64,000 nt of DNA from Eledone cirrhosa (lineage: Eukaryota), in contig OZ024746.1 of the NCBI GenBank assembly GCA_964016885.1, forward strand, positions 69,812,001-69,876,000. The letters run 5' to 3'. Shown piece by piece: positions 1 to 13,421 of the stretch. The notes beneath the pieces were generated by a model. That model was not told where the DNA came from and did no database searches. It worked only from the letters and a program-made list of their open reading frames with translations. A program made the position numbers and the translations under genes. Each line of letters starts with the position of its first letter. The first letter of the stretch is position 1.

Positions 1-59
1 CTAGACATTCCCTCATTGCTTAGGTAAGTGTGGATTTGGTTGATGTAACATGGTATATT

Positions 60-337
60 GCCATTAGTGAGGGTACTTCAATCACATCAAGGATGTGACA
101 ACATCTCTAGTGCTGGTACCATGATAAAATGTACTCAGTACATTCTGGAAAGGGGTTGGCATTAAAATGAGCATCTAGCCATAGAGACCATACCAAAAAT
201 GAAATGTATTGAGTAAGATGTGGTACTCTGACCTGTCTAAGAGGTTAGTAATTTTATTTAAACACTGACTTGATCCATAACACCCCCATTCAATTCATAC
301 CAGCATGGAAAATCATACCTTGAAATGATGATGATGA
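60..337 (+). mobile_element. Old SINE with RTE-type (GAT)n tail; related copies at about 1820-2000(-), 3680-3890, 11540-11850
   Basis: CAGTACATTCTG.AAAG.GGTTGG...CAGCATGGAAAA...AAATGATGATG shared with the RTE 3' UTR. Confidence 0.6.
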
Positions 338-881
338 TTTAAATCCTTACAGATAAGCTTTTTTTCTAATATAATATTTCAGGGAGATTGTGTGTCACAG
401 GTTTGTCATCATTGCTCCATGTGGTAGGGTTACATGCTAGAAATAACAGCCAAATCTCCCTGAACTCACACTTTACTGAAAAGACAAAATGTAGTTTTGA
501 GAATTAACATTGTAAATAAACACTTCAGTAACACAAAAATAAGACAAAAAGAAAGAAAGATTAAGAAGGGGTGGTGAGGAGGAGTAACTCTACACCCTTG
601 GCTAGACAGCATATCTCAACTGCACCCTGCATCCAAGATGAGAAAATAGATGCTGCAGAGAACAGCCTGCAATACCCGTTGCATCAGCCATTCCACCTGA
701 TGATGAATCTTTCTTCAGATTTGATATGTATTAAGATGGTATTGTAGTGGCAGGAATACTTTTGATCAAAGACCATTTCATTCAGAACTGACCATGGGCT
801 AGCAGCAACTCTTTAATGATTGAATTTAATTTGTGTTTTAATGAAAATATCCTTATTTTATTTTAAATCTATTTATTATAG

Positions 882-971
882 CATTGAAGATGATTTCTCA
901 TCTTGGAGAGAAAGATTCTGGCCAGCAATTGGTGAATATTTTGGTCTTGAAGCTGTTGAAACTGATATAAG
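882..971 (+). CDS. POR: NADPH-cytochrome P450 reductase, internal exon (first visible; 5' exons lie upstream of the window)
   Basis: tag|c acceptor and AG|gt donor; 90 nt; IEDDFSSWRERFWPAIGEYFGLEA matches the end of the POR FMN domain. Confidence 0.9.
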
Positions 972-1658
972 GTTTTACTTTTATTTCAATCTCTCCTTGG
1001 AAATTTTGTTTGTTTTAACCCTTTCATGGCCATATTTCTAATAAAAGTCACTGTCTATACATTTCAGTTTATATTAAATATTATCAAGTATTTAAAGAAT
1101 AGTAATACAACACATTACGTATTGGTTTAAAATAGGTACACTATATTCCCGTGTGTCAAAAGGGTCTGCTAAAAGAATTGGTGGAAAATAGACCCAATGA
1201 TCAAAATAGAATAAAGTAAGGGTTTGCAAAGCTAACCCCTACATTAACAGGGAAAACAACCTTAAAATGCTTTCTCATAATTACGTTGGTATTTGGAACA
1301 TAGCTTAAAGTTTCTTCTTCTTTGTTTTCTATCAGAAGATAGAATGAGAAATAAAAGATGAAATAGAAAGATAGAGAAGGAGAAGAGGAAGGGAAGGAAA
1401 AAAGTCTTTGAGAAAAAGCATGTGTATTCAGTTAGCCATATATATATGAGTATGTGTGTGTGTGTGTGATTGTGCGTGTGTGTAAATTCAAATGTATTAT
1501 GTGTATGTATGTACACATATGTCTGTGGAGTTATGTATGTATGTAGATATATATATATATATATATATACATGTGTGTATATGTTATACATGTATACATA
1601 TATGTGTGTGTGTGTGTGTGAGATTTCTATATAAAATAAATTTTTTTCTAATGTGCAG

Positions 1659-1760
1659 CTTACGTCAGTACCAATTAACAGTCCATGAAGATCTTTCTGA
1701 AGAAGACCAGTTTTATCAGGGAGAAATGTTTAGACTTGGTTCTTATATCAGTCAGAAGCC
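1659..1760 (+). CDS. POR: POR exon (hinge/connecting region)
   Basis: cag|c ... CC|gtgag; SLRQYQLTVHED...GEMFRLGSYISQKP; phase-compatible with neighbouring exons. Confidence 0.92.
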
Positions 1761-2271
1761 GTGAGTTATTCTGCTCTTTTATACTATCTGTACTTTTATG
1801 TTTTGGAAACAATCATATCTATCATCATCATCATTCTATGCCCTCTTTCCATACTGTTATGTGTTGGATGGGTCTAACACCAAACATGTCAAAGTGACCA
1901 GTCTTGTTATGTTCCATATTTAGCATGGTTTGTACAACTGGTCCCCCCCCCCCCCCCAACACCAACCACCTTACAGAGTGTACTGGGTGAGTTTCCATGA
2001 CACCAAAGTTTTAGTAAGTAGGCAAGAAGACAGAAATGTGATTCCCTCAGAGAAATGGTTACACCTAACATGTAGGCCAGGTACAGTTAGAAATTTTATA
2101 TGATGTACACAATGTAAATCTTGGTTACACAAGAAGTGTAATGGGATAGCAAACAGACTAACAGAATATGTAGACTTTATATATAGGGATAGATGGTAGT
2201 AAGAGCCTCAGTGAAATAAACCTTTTCCAATCCCAGGAAAGCTCCATAAAAATAGCTCATAGCTTTTTTTT

Positions 2272-2500
2272 CTACTTAGGTGACTTAATTAGCAGTGGAG
2301 GCAGTAACTCTGAAAGCATATTAGCTAGTATAAGAACAAGTTGGAAAAAGTTCAGGAATCTACTACTTCTGTTGACAGCAAAAGGTTTCTCTCAATAGGC
2401 AGTAAATTTAGAAGATATGTGAAGGCTGGAGAGAGATATGAGGTCTGCATACTTCCATACCGGCATGAAAGCATATATGTTAAATGATGAGCATGATGAT
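2272..2500 (+). mobile_element. Degenerate RTE fragment in a POR intron
   Basis: YLGDLISSGG...RTSWKKFRNLLLLLTAKGFS resembles 16735-16855; GAT tail near 2490. Confidence 0.6.
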
Positions 2501-3172
2501 GAAAGTAATAATTAATTCTTAATATCCTGAAATGTTTTAGGAGAAAATATTAAAAAAAACTTGTTAATGTTTATAGGTTTGTAGCAGTTGCCTCCCTTGT
2601 TGTGACTCACAACGCCAATAGATTAACAACATCTAGACAGGAAGTAGAACCCTTTCTGTAACTTCCGGTCAGAACCCTATAAAACTAACAACTTTAAGTT
2701 CTCACTCTCTCATTTGCCCTTCCGGCGCCTGGCGTTCGCCAGGCGTCTTCTGCCAGCCTGCGTTTGCCTGGCAATCAAAACGGTAACTACTAACTTTGCT
2801 TCATTCTTTCGTTTATTCATTGACATGTCAACTATACTGTTAAATTGTTGATTAAATATTATACACACAAACCATGTCTCCTTGTTACATTCATACACAT
2901 ACATGCTAGTAATTCTCGCAATAGGTTATTTACTAGTGAACAGATTATGAAAATTTGCAGTATTAGAATAAAGACTTTAATTTTTGATATGATGCAGTTA
3001 TAGTAGATCTGTACTTTCCATGAATGTCTTGTTAATGTGGTACAGGAAATTAAGAGTTAAAAAAATAACCAATATATATATTAATATAATCTATACCAGC
3101 GTGGAAAGTGAAAGTAAACTGATGATCCAATATAATTTGTTTTATTTCTTCAATATTTCCTTTTTTTGCCAG

Positions 3173-3289
3173 TCCTTACGATGCCAAAAACCCATTCATG
3201 GCACCAGTTGCTGTCAATAAAGAATTATTCAAGAACACAGACCGTTCCTGCATGCATATCGAATTTGATATTTCTGGTTCAAAGATAAG
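3173..3289 (+). CDS. POR: POR exon (start of FAD domain)
   Basis: cag|t ... AG|gtgag; PYDAKNPFMAPVAVNKEL...DRSCMHIEFDISGSKIR. Confidence 0.95.
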
Positions 3290-4043
3290 GTGAGTTTACA
3301 CATAATAATGATTGTATGTGTATATACTTTAAGGCTAGCATATCTGTGTGTGTATGTATATGTGTATGTATTTTTTGGTTTAGCATATCTGTGTATTTGT
3401 GTATATATGTATACTTTGGAGTTAGCATATGTGTGTATGTATACTTTAGAGCTTGTGTATATGTGTAAGTGTATTTTGGGGCTAGCATATATGTATATGT
3501 ATACTTTTGGGCTAGTATATATGTGTTTGTGTACTTTTATGCAAGCATATTTGTGTGTGTGTGTACATTGGGACTAATGTGTGCGCGTGCATGTATGTAA
3601 ACTTTGAGGCATGCAAGTGTGGAGAATGGCTGTTAAATGATGATGATGATGATGATATGAAAAGAATGATAGGGTAGAAAGGACCCTTTCAATGACTTGA
3701 TAATCTTTCTAGTGCTGGGACCATGAGTAAATGCACCCAGTACATTAGGAAGAGTATCCAGCTATAGAAACTATACCAAAAATGAAATGTATGAGCAAGA
3801 TGCGATTCTTACTCTGTCACGTCTTAAATTTTGATGACTCCTCCAACCCATGCTAACATGGAAAATAGATATATAAATGATGATGATGATGTTACTGTGA
3901 GGCCAGTAACCCTGAATAAGAATTGCCAGATTATGATGACACATCACACCTATGTCAACATAGATAATGGATATTAAAGGATGATGATGATGTTTTTTAA
4001 GATTTTCTCTTGTTTCTGTAATGTTATATTTTTTATTGTTTAG

Positions 4044-4162
4044 GTATGAATCAGGGGATCATGTTGCTGTTTACCCAACCAATAATCCACAGCTAGTTTC
4101 AAGGATTGGTGAACTTCTGAACACCAACATTGATGCAGTCATTACTCTAACAAATGTTGAAG
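4044..4162 (+). CDS. POR: POR exon
   Basis: tag|g ... G|gtaaa; YESGDHVAVYPTNNPQLVSRIGELL. Confidence 0.95.
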
Positions 4163-5004
4163 GTAAACTCTTCTTACATCTTACATTTTAACCCTTTAGC
4201 ATTTAAATCGGCTGTATCCGGCCAGAATTCTCTCACCTCTTTCTGTTCAAACCGGCTGTAATTGGCCACTCATACTGATGTTAAGGTATTGTTCTCAAAA
4301 TAAATATCAAAATCTCATAGATTTATATATTATGTGAGATAATTATGTAAAGTAAAGCATTTTCCATGAAAATATAATAGTAAATATAGAGTAATGCAAA
4401 TACTAAAGGGTTAATCATTCCATTCATCATTATACATTGTGTTTGTTTGTTTTTCGAAGCTAGCATGGGTTGGACTGGTTGGAGTGACCTCACTTCACTC
4501 ATATATTCCATTATTAAAACCAAAACAAAACCAAAACAAATTAATACGTGAATCATCATCATGATTCATTTTACGTCCACATCTTAAGTCCATATTTTCC
4601 ATGCTGGTATGGGTTGGAGAGGACTTTTTGAGGCAGTATTCTAAAATGCACCCAGCTATTAAAACCATACCAAAATATGAACTGTATGAGCAAGACTTGG
4701 TTCTCAGACATATGAGGTGGTTAAAAAAGTTTCCGGATTAGTTCTGTAACGCACCAACAGATGGCAACACAGTTGCGCATGCAGTGAGAGCTTTTTGATA
4801 CCACCTTGTATCTAGTCTCAATTGTGACAATCTGTCCACCCCCTGATAGCATGGAAAGCATATACTGCAGCTGGGACTGTTGCTACTGCTGCTGCTACTG
4901 TTGCTGCTGCTACTGGTGTTGTTGATACTGCTGCTGCTAGTGATGATGACACTGCTACTGATGATGTTGATACTGCTGATGTTGATACTGTTGTTGTTGC
5001 TGTT

Positions 5005-5035
<31 letters not shown>

Positions 5036-5081
5036 CCATTTCTGTACTTTGACTTTTTCTTCATTTCTTTGTTTCCTGTAG

Positions 5082-5263
5082 CTGAGTCCAACAAAAAACA
5101 TCCATTTCCTTGTCCGACTAGTTATCGTATTGCATTGCAACACTATCTTGACATTATGAATCCTGTTAGAACTCATGTACTCAAAGAACTCATTGAATAT
5201 GCTCAAGACCCTAAAGATAAGGAATTTTTGGAAAAAATCAGTTCAACAACTCCAGAAGGAAAG
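5082..5263 (+). CDS. POR: POR exon
   Basis: tag|ct ... AAG|gtaagt; ESNKKHPFPCPTSYRIALQHYLDI...EGK. Confidence 0.95.
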
Positions 5264-5508
5264 GTAAGTTTCAGTAATCTATATTATTATAAATCTGCAG
5301 CTTGTTTGTTTGTCTGTGATTGTTATACTCAGTAGAATGTCCGCCTACTTGCTTGTCATATAGGGAAGAGTGCTATGCCAAATAATTAACTTTTAGAATA
5401 CTTAATCCAAATTCTTAACTAGCTTAGCTTAGTCCTCAGCTAGTTGGTAAACCCCTAGAGAAACTTCAGACAGTGAGGTTATCCAATCACTGTAAAAACA
5501 GACATACC

Positions 5509-5815
5509 CCACTATACCACCCATATCTATAATATACAGACTCTCCCCACCACCACCACACCATCCATATCTATAATATACAGACACTCCCCATTACACC
5601 ACCCATATGTAAAATAATACAAACACTCCCTACTAGACCACCCATGCCTATAATATACAGATACCACCACCACACCACCCATATCTATAATATACAGACT
5701 CTCCCCACCACCACACCACCCATATCTATAATATACACTCTCCCCACCCCCACACCACCCATATCTATAATATACAGATACCACCACCACCACACCACCC
5801 ATATCTATAATATAT
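5509..5815. repeat. Minisatellite, unit about 35-40 bp, about 8 copies
   Basis: Recurring CACCACCCATATCTATAATATACAGA. Confidence 0.85.
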
Positions 5816-7133
5816 TGTGAAGAGGTAGAATCCCAATTTCCTGACATTTTGTACATTATTCTATATACTATACATGCACCTTTGATGAGTTGTAGTGCAC
5901 CTGAGCACTGTACACAATAATTTCATCATTATTAATATTTAAAGTGTCAGGTGCTGGAGAGATGTGTGAAATTAGGTCACTTATTCTAACTATGTAGCAA
6001 GTTCTACCTTGTCCTCACACGATAGACACTCCATCCCTCCATGTATGTATGTATGTATGTTAACTGCGTGATCGGGTGTCCAGCGCAACTATTTCTATGT
6101 CCCCGCGCATATACATACACATGACAGGGCATTCTTCCTGTTAAATTAACATATTTCTTCTTTGTACTGTGTCATTTGCTTTATTTCTGTTTATATATGA
6201 ATGTCTAAACACACACACACACACACACGCTGACTTACACCTCACCCCATGTACACACTGGTTTTCCTATTATCCGAACATGGAACCTCGTTCTTCCCCA
6301 AACTCTCACACTCACATCCACACATACACATGTACACCTACACACACACACCACCTTCTGCCCTCCCGGCTCAGACCCCCTGTCTCCCTCTCCCTGCTCT
6401 CTCCCTCTCCCTGCTCTCTCCAACCACCCACCACCACCCCTACACGCCTCACACCCTTTCACCACTTGTTTCATTTAAATTTTTTTACCCTCTATTTAAT
6501 TTTTTTTCCTTCCCTTTAGTCACCCCCCCCCCCCTTTTAATGTCTTTCCACTGTTACTCCTCACACCCTTGGAACTCTTTTCCTTCCCAATTTTCTCCTG
6601 ATGAAGGGCTTATGCATGAAATGTCGTCCCCCCCACCTCGCATGCACACACACACATATCTATAATACTTATAAAAAGGAAGTTTGTTTGTTGACTCCTA
6701 ATAACACTAAATGTAATTGGTAATAATTAAGGTTTTTTGTGTTTTCAGCAAATATGACAGGCTAACAATTGACTTTTGCCCTGAAAATGGAATGGGGGGA
6801 CGAGGGGGGAACCCTTGGATTTTATCAACCTCATTGATTTCTTCAGTGCAAATAAGAGGTGGGAAGAGAGGGCGACCCTTGGAGTTACAGATAAGCACCC
6901 CTTAGCTGTTTAAATTTATAGAAAAGCAATCCTTTTGATACTGAAGGATGTTTTGATCCTTCATCATTTTGTTCTATTGTGGAAAGCATTGTCAGCTTAA
7001 TTATCTCCCAATTTCCAAATCTACCATTTTTTATGAGGAGTGGCTGTGTGAAAGAGCAATTCTTGTCCCCGCAAAAACATCACAGTAAATGTTATCAACA
7101 AAATCTTTCACAAATGATAATTATTTATTTCAG

Positions 7134-7283
7134 CAATTATACAGTGATTGGGTAATAAAGGACCACCGTAATATCATTGCTATTTTGGAGGATCTTTCTT
7201 CAGTCAAACCACCCCTTGATCATCTATGTGAGTTGTTACCTCGTCTACAAGCTCGTTACTATTCCATTTCATCATCTCCTAAA
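7134..7283 (+). CDS. POR: POR exon with FAD-binding RYYSIS motif
   Basis: cag|caa ... AAA|gtaagt; DHLCELLPRLQARYYSISSSPK. Confidence 0.97.
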
Positions 7284-8010
7284 GTAAGTAACTACACCTT
7301 CCAACAACACTAAATTCTTTGTTATGATTTTTTTCTCTACTGTTTATGATGGGAATGAGCAGGGTCCCTAGCCCTTTTCAGGGTCTCTGAGACTAGGGAA
7401 GGGTGGAAAGGAGGGACAGAACTCGTGGCACATTTCAGAGTTTTTGAGGCTGGTTGGAGGAATGGAGGAAGTTATCTTCAAATTGGAGACCTGGTCTGAA
7501 TACCAAAATAGACTTTGCTAGAGACCTGTTAAAGACACCCAAGTGCCAGGTGATGGTGTTAAACTGAGTAATGGATTAAGTCTGCTACATATGTAGGCCA
7601 CTGAGGGATTTGAAATCAGAATGAAATGAGTCAGAATAAATACCACAAGGTTTCTTATCCATTGCTCTAACAATTCCACAAATCTATCACATCAGAATAA
7701 TTGTCTCTACTTTAGGCACAAGGCCAGCAATTACCCCAGTGCATTACTGGTACTTTATTTTATCGACCCCGTAAGGATGAAAGTCAACCTCGGCGGGATT
7801 TGAACTCAGATCGTAAAGGGACGTAACTATGCTGGAAAGCATGGCGTCTGACCCTCTACTGATACTGCCAATCCACCGCCCTTACAGAATAATATTTATT
7901 TTATTGACCCCCAAAGGATGAAAAGTGAAGTTGACCTTAGTGAGATGTGAACTCAGCATCAAATTTATATTTCATTGTCTTTTTATGATATTTTATTGTT
8001 TATCTAAATA

Positions 8011-8507
8011 TCATCATCATCATCATCATCAACGTTTAACGTCCGTGTTCCACGCTTGCATGGGTTTGGACGGGGGTAGTCCCACTTGAGGCAAGAGTGA
8101 TTGTCTTGCTCGCATAGGACTGTCTGGCAGGTTTTCTACAGTTGGATGCCCTTCCTAACACCAACCACATTTACAGTGTGGGTCTGGGAGGTTTTTACCG
8201 TGTTGCCTACACGGCCACATTACAGCGTGGACTGTGTGTTTTTTTGTCGTGACACCTACACGATCTCATTTGTTTCGGCCTGGATGGCGCGGCACCAACA
8301 TAACTTTACATAGAACGGGGTGGTGTGGATGGGGTGGGGGTGGTGGCGGGACGGGGTGTATTTTGTTAGAGATGCCTACTGGCAAGGCGGGTCTTCTCTG
8401 TTACTGAGTATCGCCAAAGGTCTCGGTCCAGTGACATTGTCTTGGAGAGGTGTAAGTGTGTGAGGTCGGAGTTTATCAGCTCATCCCATGTTTTTCTAGG
8501 TCTGCCT
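8011..8507 (-). mobile_element. RTE LINE 3' fragment in a POR intron, same family
   Basis: Near match to 49673-50195. Confidence 0.85.
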
Positions 8508-8613
8508 AAATATATATATATATAAGCAGAAGGGATATTCGATTTGTTGGTAATTCAACAAATATAAATGTTTATAACTGATTCAGAGCACTCAACAAGT
8601 TTTCTGGAGTATC

Positions 8614-8965
8614 ATATTCAATGTTATTAAATAAATGGAACTATATTTATAAAACCATATTTATTCTATTATATATATTTCAAGGGTTCCAAAAACTTTG
8701 GTACGTTTTCATCAGATAAAATACAAAGTGTGTTTTATAAATTTTGACATAGCCAAGGAGCATACCTTAACAGTTGAAGTTTTCCTTAGATGACTATCTA
8801 AAGAAAACTTCAACCGTTAAGGTATGTTCCTTGGTTATGTCAAAATTTATAAAACACACTTTGTATTTTATCTGATGAAAACGTACCAAAGTTTTTGGTA
8901 CCCTTGAAATATATATAATAGAATAAGTATGGTTTTATAAATATAGTTTCCTTTTATTTAATAAC

Positions 8966-8974
<9 letters not shown>
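8614..8974. repeat. Fold-back (arms about 180 bp) with a hammerhead motif in each arm; single-arm copy at 35776-36042
   Basis: Centre TAGAT-GACT-ATCTA at about 8793. Confidence 0.92.
8864..8925 (+). ncRNA. Type I hammerhead ribozyme motif (POR intron, sense strand)
   Basis: Helix I UAUUUUAU/AUAGAAUA, CUGAUGA, helix II GUACCAAA/UUUGGUAC, GAAA, palindromic UAUAUA, UA site. Confidence 0.7.
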
Positions 8975-9007
<33 letters not shown>

Positions 9008-9047
9008 TGTATATTGTAATTGTTATATATTATATTTTTTCTTTCAG

Positions 9048-9312
9048 GTTCATCCAAACAGGATCCATATTACAGCTATTCTAATTGATTATGTAACTAA
9101 AGCTAATCGTAAAGTGCAGGGTGTCACCACAGGCTTTCTCAGTCTGATGACACCAACTGATGGCGTAGTACCCAAGGTGCCGATCTATGTACGCAAATCA
9201 CAGTTCCATTTACCATTTAAACCTTCCACAGACATTATGATGATTGGTCCCGGTACGGGTGTGGCTCCTTTCAGAGCTTTCATTCAGGAAAGAGATTTCC
9301 TAAAAAATCAAG
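9048..9312 (+). CDS. POR: POR exon with NADPH-binding GPGTG motif
   Basis: cag|gtt ... G|gtaaa; VRKSQFHLPFKPSTDIMMIGPGTGVAPFRAFIQER. Confidence 0.97.
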
Positions 9313-10215
9313 GTAAATTGTTTTACTTTGTTCATATTCTGAGAATATGTGAAGGTTGGAGAGAAATCAAGCAACCAAGCATGTTTTGTTGGATGTGTGA
9401 TGTGATGTTGTTCATAAACCATAAAGCATTTTTATGAGCTGAGAGAAAAATTGGGTAAGAGGAATCAAATGTTGTGTGCAAAAAAGAAGTCTGCATTTCT
9501 ATGGCTATGTCATGCAAATAGATAATCATTGTTGAGTGAAGAAGTACCAGGAGCTCTCAGTGGAAGGAAGCTGCAGTAGAGGAAGACCAAAAAAGACCTG
9601 GGCAGAAGAGCTGATCTCAAAATGCTCAGGGAAGAGGTGGCATGGAATAGATTATAGTCTATAGAGAATTTTTGCATGCTGATCGTTTGCAGGAGATGCT
9701 TATTTGCATATAGCAAATAGAAAATAGCATCAGTTTCTGTCCATCAAATTCTACTCACAACGTATTTCAACCCAGACAATAGTTGGAGGCACTTACCTTA
9801 GGTAGGACCAAACAATGTATGTGATTGTGAAGCAAACTTCTTAAACATCCATGCCTGTGCTTGTATATAAAAGTTAATATAAAATACTTTGTTTATGTTT
9901 TAATCGTTTTGATATCAAACTGCCTGCAACTGCTCCTTGTCATATACAAAGTTTATATTTATCTAAAAACCTTTCATCATAATTTTATGTAAGAATATTT
10001 AAGTTATGTTCCAAATACCAGCTTAGTAATAATAATATTTCAAAATCCTTTAAAATTTTCAAAAGCATTTGAAAATTATAGACAATGTTTTTCATTTGAA
10101 ATTTGGTAATAAAAAGGTTAAAAGATGATTTTAAAGTTCAGCAATAAATAACTAGTTCTGGTGGTAATAGAAATGGTATAATTCTGATTTTGGTTCTTTT
10201 TCTACATTTTTCTAG

Positions 10216-10444
10216 ATAAAGTTGTTGGTGATACTATTTTGTATTACGGATGCCGTAACAAAGCTAATGATTATCTTTATGAAGAGGAATTAAATGAATA
10301 CCTTGATAAGAAGTCTTTGAACAAACTCTATTTGGCTTTCTCAAGAGACACTTCCAAAAAAGTCTATGTTCAACATCTTTTGATTGAGAACCGAGAGGAG
10401 ACTTGGAAATTATTGAGTTCTGGTGGACATATATATATCTGTGG
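10216..10444 (+). CDS. POR: POR exon (NADPH domain)
   Basis: tag|at ... GG|gtgag; LYYGCR...DYLYEEEL...AFSR...KVYVQH...HIYICG. Confidence 0.97.
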
Positions 10445-12198
10445 GTGAGTGAGTTTTTGATTTTTTATTCATCATCATCAGCAGCACTGTTTTACATCTG
10501 TGTACCATGCTGGCTTTATTGGAAGTTGCTCCCAACAAGTAACCAGCAATACAGTAAGGACCCCAAGCAACTCACTTAAACTTTTAGCATTTACATTAAT
10601 CTGTCAAATGTCATGTTTATCTATTCAGATTATTTTGAGTTAATCATACTCAAACTATATTTGTTTCTAATTTTGTTAATTTTCTATGTGCAGACTTGAA
10701 ATTTTGTCAGATGTTTAAATATCAATAATTTACAATAATCTATTTTTACCTGATTTTGTTTTGTTAAATTTGACTTTTATGGGTAGGTGAAATTAATTAA
10801 CAGGTATAAAAGTAATGACCTTATGGATAAACGCAAAATTTTAGATTTTATCTGCCTTACCTGTTTGTTACAAAAAATATCCAACAATGATCTAGATGTT
10901 GACTTCCAGCAATTATAGTACTTTTCACACAGAGGTGAATTATTTTAAAATGCAGGTATAATCAGTAGAAGGTTTTAGTCCTTCTCTACATTCTATGTAA
11001 ATATTTTATTTGAAAAAAAAAAAAGGTACTCTTACACAATGTACTGCGTAGATTTACATAACAGAATGTCCCCAATATATAAGTTCATTATCAGGTGTGA
11101 CACAGATGAATGCTGGTGTTTTTGTATATATGTTCCAATATTTTTTTTCAAATATTATTTTCAATATTGTCAGACAATATTTGTCATGAAATTGGCCAAA
11201 ACACCCTTTACATAATGTCACTTTGCATAAGGAACGCATAAAAGAGGATTTGGCCAGGTTGAACAAATAAAGGGGAAATAATAGAGTTAATTTGTTGGTA
11301 GTTACAAAAGAAATGTTGGTGTGGTGGAAAAAGTTGACTTCAGCAAGATTTGAATCTTAGAACGTTTGGCTTCTAATAAAGATTAAATATTGACTCCTTT
11401 ACCTTTCCACCTTTTCATTGCTCTCTCTCTTCTATTCACCGTCTTCGTCACATTGTCTTGAATGAATAGGGACAATGTAGAGTAGTCAGGACTCTTTAGT
11501 CTTGTAAGATTCAAGACAACTTCGTTAGAACTGCTACAATAATGAAATAGACCCAGTACATTCTGTAAAGTGGCAAGTGATTGAAGATGGACAACATAAG
11601 GTCAAGAGGACCCTTTAGTCATGTTGAGGACATGACAACCTCTTAGTGCTGGTGCTGCTACAATAAAATGTACTCAGTACATTCTGTAAAGTGGTTGGTG
11701 TAAGGAAGGTTATCTCCCTTTAGTACCTATGTTAAAAAGGAAACATGAGCTATGGCTCTCCAACCCATCTTGGAAGGCAGTAACTCCGAACGAGAACTGA
11801 TTTGGAGCATGACAACTTGTCCAACCCATTCTGGATGTAAAATGATGGTGCTGCTGGTAGTGGTGGTGATGATGGTGGGGTGCTTGTGGTGATAGTGATA
11901 ATGGTAATGATGGGGCTGCTGCTGATTGTGAGAAAGATAATGGTGGTGATGATGATGATGATAGTGTTAGTAGTGATAGTAATGGTAATAGTGATAATGA
12001 TAATGTGGTGGTGGTAATGAGGATGATGCTGATAATGGTGATGATGGTGGTGCTGGAGTTGATAGTGTTGGGATTTTGGTGGTAGTGGGGATGATGATGA
12101 TGGTGATTATGATGGTAATGCTGGTAATGCTGCTGATGATGATGATGTTTTTACCCTATGTTTAACTAACAGAAAAATATAACTGTTCTGTATTTCAG

Positions 12199-12346
12199 TG
12201 ATGCACGCAACATGGCCCGTGATGTTTATGATGCTTTGATATCAATAATAATGGAATTTGCCAAATTATCTAGTAAGTCGGAAGCTGTTGAATATATGAA
12301 GAAGATCCAAGCAAAAGGCTGTTATTCCTGTGATGTATGGAGCTGA
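12199..12346 (+). CDS. POR: POR terminal coding exon
   Basis: cag|t; DARNMARDV...KGCYSCDVWS then TGA; the DVWS C-terminus is diagnostic. Confidence 0.96.
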
Positions 12347-12699
12347 AAATTAAACATTACATTTCCACACAGAAACAAATTTATACACGTAACATTATAT
12401 AAATATTTTTTTTAATGAAATGAAATGAAATGTTATTTCTTTAAATAAACGATGATAATAAAGAATATTTTTATGAATAACCTTTATAATTGGAGTGGAA
12501 AGAAATTTATTTTATTTGTTAATCATTGTTGCAAATGGTAGGTTTATTATCATGGAAATTAACTTGCAAATTGCTGAGAATTTCACAGACATGTGCACCC
12601 ATAATGTAGTTATCAGGGAGATTCAGCATGATGTATGTGACAAGGTAGGATCTTTGAATTACAGGTACAGCTTATTATTTTTTTCCTGCTCATTAGATT

Positions 12700-12812
12700 G
12701 AAACATTGTGAAATAAAGTTTCTTGCTCAAGGACACAACCTTTTGCTAGGAATCGAACTAACAGCCTTATGATCGAGAGCCAAGCACCCTAACTACTAAG
12801 CCATGTACCTTC
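12700..12812 (-). mobile_element. tRNA-derived SINE head of a different family, downstream of the POR stop
   Basis: Minus strand TGGCTTAGTAGTTAGGG (A box), GTTCGATTCC (B box), GTGTCCTTGAGCAAG. Confidence 0.65.
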
Positions 12813-13240
12813 CCATATACCTATACACATGGCATACATTCTATATATGTGTCTTACACTCACACATAAGTATATAGAATTTATTCAGTGTTGTAGATGC
12901 ATAGTACTATGGTACTCCCTGGAATTTTGTTGTAATTTAGTCCTAGGTCAGGCATGATTGAACAGACCTATGCTCAAAGGTATTCCAGTCACGAACATCC
13001 TGTCTTTGCAGGCATAGTAGATCTCTGACTGTATTCTCTAATATATCATCCCTTCTTTTTAAACATACTATGATGTGATTTGAGGGGAATTTGGCTTGCA
13101 GATTAAGTAACTACATAAAGGCTTCTTTATTGGCTTACAGATATTTCTTTTTATTGAGGATCTCTATTTGTTAAACAATCGGAGTTTCATGTGTTCTCCA
13201 ACATTGACAAATACTGTAAATAGAAAAATGAAAAATAATA

Positions 13241-13421
13241 TACCGTATTTCACGGCGCTGAAGAAGCTTCATCCTCGGGGACACACCCTAATTTTGACAA
13301 GCAAAAATAAAAAAAAAAAAAAAAAAATAATAAACAACCTTCGGCCTCCAAGACGCATGGTAGATTTTTGAGACTTATTTTTGTAAAAAAAGTAGCGTCT
13401 TCGATGCCAGGAAATACGGTA
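13241..13421. mobile_element. pogo/Tc1-mariner-type MITE
   Basis: TA-CCGTATTTC ... GAAATACGG-TA terminal inverted repeats with TA duplication; inner AGACGC/GCGTCT. Confidence 0.7.

Noticed and set aside
5509-5815. CRISPR-like regularly spaced repeats
   Set aside because: Spacers are not unique, the context is a eukaryotic intron and there are no cas genes; it is a minisatellite.
9207-9209. CAT (His) in FHLP that A-to-I editing could turn into the common FRLP
   Set aside because: This position varies (R/K/H) among diflavin reductases and there is no RNA evidence here.
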